Below, one piece after another: positions 37,846 to 47,572 of a stretch of DNA of 64,000 bases; position 1 is the first letter of the stretch, and every line of letters begins with the position of its first letter. A model generated the notes under the pieces. The model did not search any database. It was given only the letters and a program-made list of their open reading frames with translations, and was not told where the DNA came from. The stretch comes from Bdellovibrionales bacterium (GTDB taxonomy: Bacteria; Bdellovibrionota; UBA1018; CAIMNF01). The stretch spans positions 26,034 to 90,033 of the forward strand of contig JBEIJY010000009.1 of NCBI GenBank assembly GCA_040380025.1. The letters are read 5' to 3'. Made by a program: the position numbers and the translations under genes.

Positions 37846-39039
37846 ATGCTTCGGCGACTCATCTCATTCCTCCCCCTTTTCCTTCTTTTCGTTCTTCCCG
37901 CGCTCGAATCCCGAGCGCAAGAAAACCTTCCCGTGCCGATCCGGCCGGCCCTGCTCGAATGCAATACCCTTTTGAACCCCAAGGGAATGAGCGACGGGAT
38001 GGGAATTCCGCTCTCGACCGGCGGGGTGAATGAGTTCGACGCAGCTCTGGGCCGCTTGCTCGAAACGAGCGAGCCCTCCTCGCTTGCCGGGTCCCACCTT
38101 TATGTGACCGGAATCGAGATGGGCGAAGAATCGGCAATTCAGAGGCAATACGAGGCGATTCTTGAGAGGCACGGAATCAAACCCGGATCAGTGACGGTCA
38201 AGGTCCTCTCGGCCCCCCGAAGCCTTCTTGCACGGCAGGTGACCCCGGCTCTTCGGGATGCGTGGAGCCGGCTTCAGTATTTTTTTCCGAGCATGAAGCG
38301 GGATTTTCAGAAGCCGCTTCCGATGGAGATTCTGACCGGAGTCATGAGCACGGTGCCGCTTGAACTTCCGAATGCCGTGTTTTTGATGAAGAACCTTCCC
38401 CATCCTGATGCCTCGATCGTGCTCGGGGTTCACTCGGCAACCCTCTTTGCCTATACGGTATTCAGCCAGACCCTGCTGAACTGGCTTCTTCGCCCCGGCA
38501 CGAACCGCATGGAGTTGTTCCTGAAGCAGTGTCTGATGAGCTTTCCCTTCATTTTGAATTATCGGGTTTTCGGGCACTTCAGCGAGCTGATGGGGGTTGT
38601 GCAAGCCAAGGGGTATTCGGAACTCATCCGACAGAGCCCTTCTGCGTTGGCCGACTTTGTGGCCACCGATGGGTTCACGATTTTACTTCAAACCGTGTTT
38701 TACAGCTCGGTGATCACGAAAGGCGCCGGAGAATGGGTCAATGGGCAGATTGTCGAGATCAACCGCAATGCCGCGCGGACGATGCGCCCGGTGGTGCAAG
38801 CGCCGATTCTGATTGTCGATGCGCTCTTGCTTGCCTACGCGACCACCTCGCAGAATGTGCTGTTCCAGATCGGGCCGCTGGATTTCAATGACGGACACGC
38901 TCTTTTGATCGGACTCACGGGAATCGGCTGGGCGGCCTACCGGCCTGCGGTTTTGGATTTCATCGGAATCCGTCCGTATTTTGCGATCGAGCGGCTCATG
39001 AAGCGGCTTCGTGAGGTGTTCTCGTTCAAAAAATCGTGA
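37846..39039 (+). CDS. hypothetical membrane protein with signal peptide
   Basis: MLRRLISFLPLFLLFVLPALESRA; several hydrophobic segments in the C-terminal half. Confidence 0.7.
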   Translation: MLRRLISFLPLFLLFVLPALESRAQENLPVPIRPALLECNTLLNPKGMSDGMGIPLSTGGVNEFDAALGRLLETSEPSSLAGSHLYVTGIEMGEESAIQRQYEAILERHGIKPGSVTVKVLSAPRSLLARQVTPALRDAWSRLQYFFPSMKRDFQKPLPMEILTGVMSTVPLELPNAVFLMKNLPHPDASIVLGVHSATLFAYTVFSQTLLNWLLRPGTNRMELFLKQCLMSFPFILNYRVFGHFSELMGVVQAKGYSELIRQSPSALADFVATDGFTILLQTVFYSSVITKGAGEWVNGQIVEINRNAARTMRPVVQAPILIVDALLLAYATTSQNVLFQIGPLDFNDGHALLIGLTGIGWAAYRPAVLDFIGIRPYFAIERLMKRLREVFSFKKS

Positions 39040-39048
39040 GCAAGCGAT

Positions 39049-39882
39049 TCAAGTCCCGAGGTCGATCAGCGAACACGGCACGACCACGTTCGGCTTGTCG
39101 ATGACGATGATTCGCGGTCCCTTGGTTGTGGTGGCCCCCGCTTTGGTGGGCTTATAGACGGTAATCGACCGCACCCCGAAGGGAACCGAAAAAAACGTGA
39201 ACGCCCCGTTCATCCCGGCCGTCACCGTTTGCAGACTCTGGGTCAATCCACCCGACCCGTCCGGGTAACTGAGCTCGATCTGAGCGCTCGAATCATAGGG
39301 TCCGGTATTCTCGCACACAAAGCCGAAAAGAGTCGCACCCGCCGAAGACTCCGAGATCGTCACCGTGAGGTCCTGATCCAGACCGGTTCCGCCGACGGCC
39401 CCGTCGGCGCCGTACGAGGTGATGGTCGCCTGAAACACCGAGGTGTAGGTGTAAAGAAAAGCTCTTCCCCAACCGTCCTTGATCGTCGTTGCAGAGGGGT
39501 TACCCAGGTCGATGTACGGACCATTCCAGCCGTAGCCGATTCGGGCGCTCGACGACACCTGATGCGCGCCATACCCGCTCGAGTTGTTCAGAAGCGCCTG
39601 AAGACCGGCAAGGGCCGTTGGAAGAGCGCCGATGTCACCCACAAACCCGAAGTGGGTGCGGGTTCCGTCCACCTTGAGGTCGGGATTCCCGACCAGCGCA
39701 TCTTTGATTTGGTTCATGCGATTCACGGTCTCTTGAAAGCGGGAATCATTGGCGGCGTCGCTAAAGACCTCGACCGAGGCGAACGCGAGAATCGAGACAA
39801 TCAGGATCACCATGAGGAGCTCGATCAGGGTGAATCCGGAAGCGGCCCCATGGAATTTCGGAGAACTAAAACGAGAGATCAT
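39049..39882 (-). CDS. type IV prepilin/pseudopilin with C-terminal beta-rich domain
   Basis: GFTLIELL N-methylation motif; GWNGPY, DGWG, SYGADG (GspG-like). Confidence 0.88.
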   Translation of the reverse strand: MISRFSSPKFHGAASGFTLIELLMVILIVSILAFASVEVFSDAANDSRFQETVNRMNQIKDALVGNPDLKVDGTRTHFGFVGDIGALPTALAGLQALLNNSSGYGAHQVSSSARIGYGWNGPYIDLGNPSATTIKDGWGRAFLYTYTSVFQATITSYGADGAVGGTGLDQDLTVTISESSAGATLFGFVCENTGPYDSSAQIELSYPDGSGGLTQSLQTVTAGMNGAFTFFSVPFGVRSITVYKPTKAGATTTKGPRIIVIDKPNVVVPCSLIDLGT

Positions 39883-40339
39883 CGCTGGTCCCCCATTGCC
39901 GGTCGGGCCCGGCGCTTTGAATCGTGGGCCCGCCCCCCGGGTAGGCAAAAATTGTCCCCCAGCCGTCTTGCCGGTACCCGTCCGGGTTTTGCGAAAAATC
40001 GCTGAACAAATAAGGCCCGCACCATCCCTGCAGAGTCGCATGATACGGACTCGCCGGATTGTTCACGAGCGCACAGGTGGCAGGATTGCCGCTCGCAAGA
40101 AGCGTCAGGTTTGCAGGATAGACCCCCGCATTGTGCTGGGCATAGCGGTTCAGGGCAGCACGAATTCGATTGGCCCGCTCCATGGTGTCGCGTGTATTGC
40201 GTGAAAATACCCCCGGTCCGACAATCGCGATCACGACCGATGCGGCAAGCGAGACACTCACGATGACCAATAAAAGACTCAAAAGACCGGCCCCCGTTTT
40301 GTCCTGCCTCTTAGAATCCCATGATGATGTCATCGCCAT
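39866..40339 (-). CDS. GspG-like pseudopilin lacking Glu5
   Basis: KTGAGLLSLLLVIV hydrophobic helix; YP..L..L, GWCGPY, DGWG, SAGPD..WGT.DDL. Start uncertain. Confidence 0.7.
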   Translation of the reverse strand: MAMTSSWDSKRQDKTGAGLLSLLLVIVSVSLAASVVIAIVGPGVFSRNTRDTMERANRIRAALNRYAQHNAGVYPANLTLLASGNPATCALVNNPASPYHATLQGWCGPYLFSDFSQNPDGYRQDGWGTIFAYPGGGPTIQSAGPDRQWGTSDDLSF

Positions 40340-40781
40340 CTCCGCAGTTCAAATTCGGGCCGCAACTCGAGATCTCGCGGTTCGTACCGTCATAATCAAG
40401 CGCCGTTCCCCACGCGTCGTGATCCCAGTCCGTGACCGAGTTTGAGACATAAGGCCCTCGCCAACCGGTTCGGGTCAGAGGGTCGTATGCGGCCGAACAA
40501 GTACCGGCTCCGGGCATGGTCACAAGGTTGGTCAACGAGGCGGGAACGCCCCCGCAGTGAATGATGTATCCGGGACTCGTGTAAACTCCGCCCGAAATGA
40601 GCCTCGGATCACCGATGATCGCAAGGCGAATCTGGTTGATGCGGTCTTTCGTGACCGCCGTTTTGGCGTCACCGCTGAAATCCAAAAACTGAGTAATGCC
40701 GATCGTGGCGAGAATCGAGAGAATCAGGATCACAGTCAGGACTTCGATCAGAGTGAAACCCGAAGAAGCCCTGCGCCGCAA
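40311..40781 (-). CDS. type IV prepilin/pseudopilin (GspG-like)
   Basis: GFTLIEVL; GWRGPY, DAWG, S.GPN...DDI; GGAGG RBS before TTG. Confidence 0.88.
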   Translation of the reverse strand: MRRRASSGFTLIEVLTVILILSILATIGITQFLDFSGDAKTAVTKDRINQIRLAIIGDPRLISGGVYTSPGYIIHCGGVPASLTNLVTMPGAGTCSAAYDPLTRTGWRGPYVSNSVTDWDHDAWGTALDYDGTNREISSCGPNLNCGDGDDIIMGF

Positions 40782-40790
40782 GGGACCTCC

Positions 40791-41351
40791 CTAATAAGTG
40801 TGCTCGTCGTCGGCGGCACCGTTCGGATCGTTATTCGAAGAATGGGCCCAGATTTCTCCCGTTACGCTATTGTAGCACCAGCCATTTCCTTTCGCCACAG
40901 TGTGACAAGCACCGGTGCGATCAGCACAGGTGGCAGGAGTTAACTGACAATCCGTAATTAAAATTGCATTTGCAGGGGTGGTTTGAATGTCGGTAGACCA
41001 CGGATTCGGAGGAATCCCCCCTGCCACAAAAATCCGATCTGCAAGACCCGGCACCTGACCCACTGTACAAGAGGTGTTTGTAATGTCATTCGCCGAGATT
41101 TCCGTAGCAGTCGGAAAACTGTTGTCCTGCACATTGCATCGAACGCGCATCATCGCGGCCTTCTCGCTGATCGCTCGCCTCAAGATTTGCAAGTTCGCCT
41201 TGGTCGTCGCGTCGCGGGCATCTTTGCCGTAATTCACGAACTGAGTGATCCCGATAAACGCAAGAATGGCGATCACCAAGATCACCATCAGCAACTCAAT
41301 CAGGGTAAATCCATCTTGGGTTGACTTCTTTTGCCTGTTCACGATCTGCAT
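40791..41351 (-). CDS. type IV major pilin-like protein
   Basis: DGFTLIELLMVILVI; IPPNPW, GWCY...GEI.A. Confidence 0.9.
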   Translation of the reverse strand: MQIVNRQKKSTQDGFTLIELLMVILVIAILAFIGITQFVNYGKDARDATTKANLQILRRAISEKAAMMRVRCNVQDNSFPTATEISANDITNTSCTVGQVPGLADRIFVAGGIPPNPWSTDIQTTPANAILITDCQLTPATCADRTGACHTVAKGNGWCYNSVTGEIWAHSSNNDPNGAADDEHTY

Positions 41352-41551
41352 CTCCCGTTTTTAAAAACGATGAATAAATCTTCTATAAGGTCATTATAGA
41401 CACAGGAATGAATCTGGAACAAATCGAAATGCCAATATTCCTTTATTTTTTAAAACCGACGACGAAATGACGCTCTCCTCGCCTAGCACCTGCCCCTCAG
41501 GGGCATCTTACCGACCACTGGTGAATCCCGCGAATCGCAGGTAAACTGAGA

Positions 41552-42787
41552 ATGGGGATGGCACGCTACTACTACGAGGCACGAAACCGGAAAGGCGAGA
41601 TTGTCCGCGCATCGATCGTCGCCGAAAGCGAGTGGATCGCACGGAAGTCGCTCGCCCGAATGAACCTGATTCCGCTGAAATTGGGCCGTTTTTTGCCCAA
41701 AGTCATGTGGGCCGAGCTGAGTTCGAATGTCGAGAACCTGTCGACCCAAGTGACCCTCGAAGAAAAAATCACGCTCATGAACCAGATCGAGATGGGCATC
41801 TCGGTCGGGATCCCGATTCTTCAGATGCTCCATTTTTTACAGGCAGATGTCAGAAACCGCAGACTCCGCGACGCACTCGAACAAATCACTGCCGACATCA
41901 CCGAAGGGGGCACTCTTCATGGAGCCTTTGCAAGGCACCCCGACATCTTCGACTCCCCCACGGTGGGCCTGATCAAAACGGGAGAAATCTCGGGAAAGCT
42001 CGACGAAACCCTGTCGCGGATCACCAAACTGCTGGAGCAGCAGGCCGAGACGCGGGCAAAGGTGAAATCCGCGACCTTCTACCCCAAGATCGTGCTCGGT
42101 ACCCTCATCGTGGTCATCGGGGTCCTCGTGTATGTGGTGATCCCGAAGATCAAGGAATTCCTGAAAACCCTCGGGAGCGATCTTCCTCCGATCACGAAGG
42201 CCGTGGTCGCCTTCTCGGATTTCTTTGTGTACCGCTGGTGGATGGTGCTCGGGATTGTTTTCGCGGGGTATTTGTGTTTCCAAAAACTCATGACCATCCC
42301 CCGCTACCGTGCCTCCTTCCATCGGCTCGTGCTTCGGATTCCCGTGCTCGGGCAGGTTTTTTTGTGTATCGAACTCAATAACTTTTGTGTGCTTCTTGAA
42401 CTGTTGATGAGCAGCGGGATTCCCCTGATCGAATCGCTCGAAACCCTGAAGGGCTCGCAACGGAACCTCACCTTTCGGAATGCCCTGACCACCCTGCAAG
42501 AAGAAATCCATAAGGGAGGGACCCTGACGGCCGGAATGGAGCAAGAGCCGGTGTTTCCGCGAACACTGCGGAACCTGGTCTCGATCGGCGAAGAAACCGG
42601 ACGCTTGCCGGCCATTCTGAGCCGAATCGGCCGATACTATCAGGTTCAGCTGAATCACCTTCTCGATAATCTCTCGAAGGCGATCGAGCCCATTCTCCTT
42701 TTTTTGGTATTCGGAGCAATCTTGCTCATTGCGCTCGCCGTGTTCCTGCCGATCTGGAAGATGAACTCGGCGGTCAAACTCGGATAG
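41552..42787 (+). CDS. pilC: type IV pilus/T2SS inner-membrane platform protein (PilC/GspF/MshG family)
   Basis: GIPI, I.EG..L..A..HP..F, GE.SG.L, YP, GEETG.L, IEP, A.FLPI. Confidence 0.92.
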   Translation: MGMARYYYEARNRKGEIVRASIVAESEWIARKSLARMNLIPLKLGRFLPKVMWAELSSNVENLSTQVTLEEKITLMNQIEMGISVGIPILQMLHFLQADVRNRRLRDALEQITADITEGGTLHGAFARHPDIFDSPTVGLIKTGEISGKLDETLSRITKLLEQQAETRAKVKSATFYPKIVLGTLIVVIGVLVYVVIPKIKEFLKTLGSDLPPITKAVVAFSDFFVYRWWMVLGIVFAGYLCFQKLMTIPRYRASFHRLVLRIPVLGQVFLCIELNNFCVLLELLMSSGIPLIESLETLKGSQRNLTFRNALTTLQEEIHKGGTLTAGMEQEPVFPRTLRNLVSIGEETGRLPAILSRIGRYYQVQLNHLLDNLSKAIEPILLFLVFGAILLIALAVFLPIWKMNSAVKLG

Positions 42788-42790
42788 TAC

Positions 42791-44185
42791 TCATTGCGGC
42801 GGGACTTTCGCCTCGGATTGGTCGACGGCAAGCTCGGGCTTCAGCTCCTTGCCGGTCTCGGGATCGACATGGACCGGATCGGGATTCCCCATCGTCGGAG
42901 TGAGAAAGATCACAAGCTCGTTGTTCTCGTCGATCTTGGAGCTCGATTTGAAGAGAAGCCCGATCAGGGGAATGTCAGACAAAATCGGCACGCCCCCGCT
43001 CGATTTGGACTTTTGCTGTTTGATGAGGCCCGCGATCACCGCGGTTTGCTTGTTTTTTACAATTACGTTGGTATTGGCTGAATTCTGAAAGATCCCGGGA
43101 ATCCCGTCGACCGCACTCCCCATGTCAGAGGTCGAGTTGTCGATATCGACCACGAGCTTGATGTCTTCGGTACCGACGACGGTCGGAAGAATGTTCAACG
43201 ACAGGCCGGCACGCACCGGGATCAAGCCCCCGGCCGCGAATCCGCCGCCGATTCCGCCCCCCACACCGCCCATGCCCCCGATTCCTCCCGCTCCCCCCAT
43301 GCCGCCGCCTATCCCCATGCCCATACCACCACCCATGCCGCCCATCATTCCGGCATTGCCTCCGACCTGATTGTTCTGCCCGTTCATCATGACATTGCTC
43401 AAGGTCTTTACATGGTAGGTGATTCCGCTCTGAATCTGTGCTGTCTTGTTGTTCAGGGTGATCACCTTCGGTCGGGAAATCACGCGCGCGTCGCCATTGT
43501 TCTCTGCCGCCGTGAGCTTGACTTCGAGCGTTTTCGAATTGATTCCATCAAGCACGGTCTTGAAGGTTCCGTAAGGTCGAACCGGTCCGGGAGTATTGAC
43601 CGTGTCCCCGAGCCCCGCCACCGAGATTCCGAGCTGCTGCATGAACGAATGCGTAGTCTCGACAATCAGGGCTTCGATCATGATCTGACGCGGAGGCGAA
43701 TCCAGAAGAGTAACGAGCGATTTGATCTTCTCGAAGTTGGTTCGGGATCCCATGAAAACAAGATTATTCTCGCGTTCATCCACCACGATTCGTTCATCGG
43801 TGGTCATCACAGGACGGACCTTGCCGGCAATGTCACTCGCATTCGCGTACTGGACATGAATCAGATGCGAGTCGCCGATGCTGGTTCCGAGCGATCGCCT
43901 GTTGATGATGAGCTGATTTCCGGTGATGAGGTATTCGATTTGCTGATTCGAGGCGATCTGGTCCAGAAGCTGTCTTGCTGTCACCCCGGTCTGCGAGATC
44001 GAGACATTCACGTTCGGGTCCTGCCCCAGGACGAGCTGAAGCCCCGCTCGCGCTGCGATCATTTCCAGAACCCCGCGAAGCGGAGAATCCTTCACGTTCA
44101 GATCAAACTGCGCATCCACCTGCGCCTCGGCGCGAACCATCAGGAGGAGCCCCAGAAGCACCCAACCCATCCAAAATTTCTTCAT
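42791..44185 (-). CDS. pilQ: secretin (PilQ/GspD family) with Gly/Met-rich insert
   Basis: LDSPPRQIMIEALIVE, ISRPKVITLNN..A.I..G, VIAGLI, GVPILSDIPLIGLLF, ELVIFLTP. Confidence 0.9.
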   Translation of the reverse strand: MKKFWMGWVLLGLLLMVRAEAQVDAQFDLNVKDSPLRGVLEMIAARAGLQLVLGQDPNVNVSISQTGVTARQLLDQIASNQQIEYLITGNQLIINRRSLGTSIGDSHLIHVQYANASDIAGKVRPVMTTDERIVVDERENNLVFMGSRTNFEKIKSLVTLLDSPPRQIMIEALIVETTHSFMQQLGISVAGLGDTVNTPGPVRPYGTFKTVLDGINSKTLEVKLTAAENNGDARVISRPKVITLNNKTAQIQSGITYHVKTLSNVMMNGQNNQVGGNAGMMGGMGGGMGMGIGGGMGGAGGIGGMGGVGGGIGGGFAAGGLIPVRAGLSLNILPTVVGTEDIKLVVDIDNSTSDMGSAVDGIPGIFQNSANTNVIVKNKQTAVIAGLIKQQKSKSSGGVPILSDIPLIGLLFKSSSKIDENNELVIFLTPTMGNPDPVHVDPETGKELKPELAVDQSEAKVPPQ

Positions 44186-44604
44186 TTTTCCTCCTCCGGA
44201 TCGTCCGCCTCATCCTCGGGGATCTCTTCGACCGCCGATGGCATGGTGAGCTCGATCTCGGAATCTTTCCGTTTCAGAATCACAAAATTCGGTCCGACTT
44301 CCTTCACGATCCTGTTCCCGATGCGATCGCCCGCCTCGACTTTCTTACCGTTCACAACGGCCATCGGCGCCCCTGCTCCGGTCAAGACTCCACTCAGGAC
44401 GAATTTTTCTTGCTCGGCAGGCACGACCGAAAACCCGGGTTTGCGCAAAAAGGGGTCTTCTCCCCAAGGAAAGCGCGGCTGGGTGACCAGAAACCCGAAA
44501 TCAACCTCCGAGATGAACTCATAATTGCGTTCTTCCTTGGGCGCTGCGAGCGCGAGCGTTCCCGACAGACCGAGAATCAGGTAAACAAAACGCGTCGGGT
44601 TCAT
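44182..44604 (-). CDS. PilP/MshK-like exported protein
   Basis: Signal peptide, DPF, LSGV...AVVNG..V..GD.I; lies between pilO and the secretin. Confidence 0.65.
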   Translation of the reverse strand: MNPTRFVYLILGLSGTLALAAPKEERNYEFISEVDFGFLVTQPRFPWGEDPFLRKPGFSVVPAEQEKFVLSGVLTGAGAPMAVVNGKKVEAGDRIGNRIVKEVGPNFVILKRKDSEIELTMPSAVEEIPEDEADDPEEEK

Positions 44605-45167
44605 TTGCCCTCCCCGACATAGCCGTAAAGGCGGATTTTTGCGGTACAGCGCTTCATTTCTTGCTCGATCCGCGAAATCTCGACCGATTCGACTTCGGTC
44701 AGAAGGGGGGAATCTTCGAGCGACTCCAGGAACTTTCCGATCGAAAGAAATGAGGATTCGGTCTCGAGCTCGTACAGGGTTTGCGTGTATGCCCCCATTT
44801 TTTGTGACTTTTCGGCAAGAATCTTTGAAATCGTGAAGGAACCCTCTTTCGATCCCGAGACGATTCCCATGACGACCTTCGAAAACCGGTCGTTCGACTC
44901 AAGGTAGCGGTCAAGGAGACCCCGGGCCACATGATCATCGGCCACCACCGGGGTCGTGGAGGCCGGAGCGCGACTTCCGACCTTCGCGATCATGGCTCGG
45001 GTCTCGTCGAGTTGTTTTCGTGCCGAATCGACCTGCTTTCCGAGTTCATCGAGACTTTTTGTTTTCGGAACAACCCAGAACCGCTGGAATCCGAACCCTA
45101 CCGCAAGAATGCCGAGGCTCAAGAGCAGGGTTTCGCGGAGCTTGAAGCGGCCTTCTCGGAGCTTCAT
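44601..45167 (-). CDS. pilO: PilO/GspM-like protein
   Basis: RE-TM-P, coiled coil, F..I..FL..LE....L..V. Confidence 0.75.
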   Translation of the reverse strand: MKLREGRFKLRETLLLSLGILAVGFGFQRFWVVPKTKSLDELGKQVDSARKQLDETRAMIAKVGSRAPASTTPVVADDHVARGLLDRYLESNDRFSKVVMGIVSGSKEGSFTISKILAEKSQKMGAYTQTLYELETESSFLSIGKFLESLEDSPLLTEVESVEISRIEQEMKRCTAKIRLYGYVGEGK

Positions 45168-45802
45168 AGGGTTTTCTCCCTCGAGCCGGTTTTGACTGGA
45201 ATATTGAACTGAAACTTGAACTTGGCGGGTTTGGAATCCTTCACCTGCTGGGACGAGACCAGGCGTGCGCCGCTAAAGTAATGGGATTTCTCGAGGATCG
45301 TCAAGAAGCGCGCGATCGAGATCTGCGATACGGCCTCGCCCTCGACGATCAGCTCTTCTGCGGGAGCCAACACCGGGGCCGGAGTCCCGCTCGCTGGTGC
45401 ACGCTCGGGCATGGGAGTCTTTGATTCCAGTTTTGGCTTTTGGTTCAAAAACCGGGTCAGCCAGACATTCTCGGGAATCAACACGCTCATCTCTTTGAAG
45501 ATCTCGGACCAGTAATTCTTGCGATTCAGTACGGTCTGGATTTCCTTCAGGCTCTGGTTGTTCCGGGTTTCGACCTTGGCCTGATTGCTGAGCACATCCA
45601 GCCGCTCATTCAGCTCTTTGCTTTGCTTCTCGAGAATCACAAGTTCCTCCTCGCGGAGCTTGCTCTGGATCGCGATCCGGATGGGCCACTGGGCGGCATA
45701 GACCGCGAAAAGCACAACCAGGCCGGCCGGGATCCATTCGGCGGGGATCTCGATGCCGGGGCGGAGCTCTTCGGGAATGAAGTTCAGGTGCTTCCGGATC
45801 AT
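45164..45802 (-). CDS. pilN: PilN-like protein
   Basis: LNFIP motif, TM, coiled coil, IPENVWL, G.A.S...I..F...LE.S..F. Confidence 0.85.
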   Translation of the reverse strand: MIRKHLNFIPEELRPGIEIPAEWIPAGLVVLFAVYAAQWPIRIAIQSKLREEELVILEKQSKELNERLDVLSNQAKVETRNNQSLKEIQTVLNRKNYWSEIFKEMSVLIPENVWLTRFLNQKPKLESKTPMPERAPASGTPAPVLAPAEELIVEGEAVSQISIARFLTILEKSHYFSGARLVSSQQVKDSKPAKFKFQFNIPVKTGSREKTL

Positions 45803-45803
45803 G

Positions 45804-46505
45804 TTAGTTTCGTCCCGCCTCCTCATTGCGTGTTGTTTGGAATCGAAGCACGATCCTGCGATTTTTGGCCTGATGATCCGGAACCAACAATCCGACCCCT
45901 TCACGGTTCGGAACACGGGGCCGGGAGTCGCCGAATCCCGCCACCTTCAAGAACGACTTCGGAATGCCCGCAGCCTCGAAAACCCGCACAAACGAGGTGG
46001 CCCTCGCCACCGAGAGCTCCCAGTTCGAAGAGAAGATCTTTTTTTGGCGCCGGATCGGGGAATCGTCGGTATGGCCCTCGATTTCGAGCGCGAATTGGCC
46101 GAGAGTTTCGCGAGCGGCATCCGCGATCTGCCTCAGGGACTCGCTTGCATCGGGCCTCAAGGTGGCGGTCCCGATCTCAAAAAATCGGTCGGATTCCACA
46201 ACCAAGGCCAGTTCTCGCGAAAGCGCCCGACGATCCGAAACCTGAACCCCCGGAATCACAGACAGCTTCTGTTCGAATTCGTAGTTGCCGTTCTTCTGTT
46301 CTCCCCGCACCTCGGACTCGGGAAAGTATGCAATTCCTGCCGGGATTCGATTCGCCTCAGGTTGGTTTTGTACCCCTTGAGACCCCACGAATCCTGCTCC
46401 CATTCCCGCAACCACAAGAAGAGCGCTGAATACCCGAAGGATGGTGGCCCCCCCCACCGCAAAGCGACTCTTCGGCCTGAAGTTCAAGCGCCCTCCCTGC
46501 CTCAT
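45804..46505 (-). CDS. OmpA/MotB-family peptidoglycan-binding membrane protein
   Basis: One TM; IEGHTD..P, SNWELS.ARA, GFGDSRP..PN, NRRIV. Confidence 0.88.
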   Translation of the reverse strand: MRQGGRLNFRPKSRFAVGGATILRVFSALLVVAGMGAGFVGSQGVQNQPEANRIPAGIAYFPESEVRGEQKNGNYEFEQKLSVIPGVQVSDRRALSRELALVVESDRFFEIGTATLRPDASESLRQIADAARETLGQFALEIEGHTDDSPIRRQKKIFSSNWELSVARATSFVRVFEAAGIPKSFLKVAGFGDSRPRVPNREGVGLLVPDHQAKNRRIVLRFQTTRNEEAGRN

Positions 46506-47572
46506 GCGGCACCTGCCTTCGGAAAGGCCCCGAGCGCCAGACCGACTGCGGTTGCCATATGGGGCGTGATGCGGACGATTTCGTCATGATCGCGCGCATC
46601 AGTTTTTGAAAAGATATCGATGTTCCGAAACGGGTTCACCACGAGGGTGGGAATCTTGAACACCAGCTCATGAATCCGTGCGATTCCTTTGATCTGGCTC
46701 CCGCCCCCGGTCAGAAAAATCCGGTCGATGCGGCCGTAACTCTCCGGGCACTCGCGGTAAAAATCGAGCGCGGTCTTGATGGTCTGGAAGATCGCCGTGA
46801 ATTCCTCGTCCAAAATGCGATTTTCAGGGGACTCCCCCGGCTCGGTCGAAAAGTCATAGGCGAGCTTGTACTCCTCGGCCTCATCGTACGGACGACCAAG
46901 GTGGTTTCGGATGGCATCGTTCAGTCGTCCGATCGAGACATCATGGTTCCGGGTCAGCATGAGTGACCCGTCGGCGACCAGACCGGAGCTCACATGGGAT
47001 TCTCCGAGGTCGACCACCACGGACACCTCGGATGGATTCAGGTACCCGTTGAAATCCAGCATGGCGGTCACGGCCATCAGTTCGGACTCGACCACATCGG
47101 GCCTGAGACCCGCGTTCTTGAGCTCCTTCATGCACCGAAGAACGCGATCCTTCTTCACGCAGTAGGCTTTCACCGCCACGACCTCGGGATTCGCGGGCTG
47201 GACCGGCGAAAGCACAAAATCAAACACATGTTCCTCGGGCTGGAGGTTCGCGGTCTCGGACACCTCGATCGGAATGGTCTTTTGCAGCTCCTTCTCGCTC
47301 ATTTTCGGGAGTTCGAGCTGGAAAGTCTGGATCTCGGCATCGGGAATCGCCGCCGCAGTACGGAGCGCTCCCAGTTTTTGGACCTCGAGCGCGGCCTTCA
47401 ACGCCTCTTCGGAATTCACCTTTTCGGGGAATTTCTCGGACACGGCCGCAAGGTCCTGAAAGAAATGCGCGACGAGCGAAATCCGGCCGTCTTTTTCTTG
47501 CCGGAGCTTTACACCCTTAATGGTCCTTGTGCCGAGATCCACGCCGAGAAGCTCTTTTTTGAACCAGCTCAT
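46502..47572 (-). CDS. pilM: type IV pilus assembly protein PilM
   Basis: GVDLG...IK, VVDLG, AE..K, LTGGGS, NPF, A.AVGLAL. Confidence 0.9.
   Translation of the reverse strand: MSWFKKELLGVDLGTRTIKGVKLRQEKDGRISLVAHFFQDLAAVSEKFPEKVNSEEALKAALEVQKLGALRTAAAIPDAEIQTFQLELPKMSEKELQKTIPIEVSETANLQPEEHVFDFVLSPVQPANPEVVAVKAYCVKKDRVLRCMKELKNAGLRPDVVESELMAVTAMLDFNGYLNPSEVSVVVDLGESHVSSGLVADGSLMLTRNHDVSIGRLNDAIRNHLGRPYDEAEEYKLAYDFSTEPGESPENRILDEEFTAIFQTIKTALDFYRECPESYGRIDRIFLTGGGSQIKGIARIHELVFKIPTLVVNPFRNIDIFSKTDARDHDEIVRITPHMATAVGLALGAFPKAGAA

Noticed and set aside
41352..41551. sigma54 promoter for the pilin (TGGCAT...TTTGT on the minus strand)
   Set aside because: The -12 element is off by one and lacks GC; not supportable.
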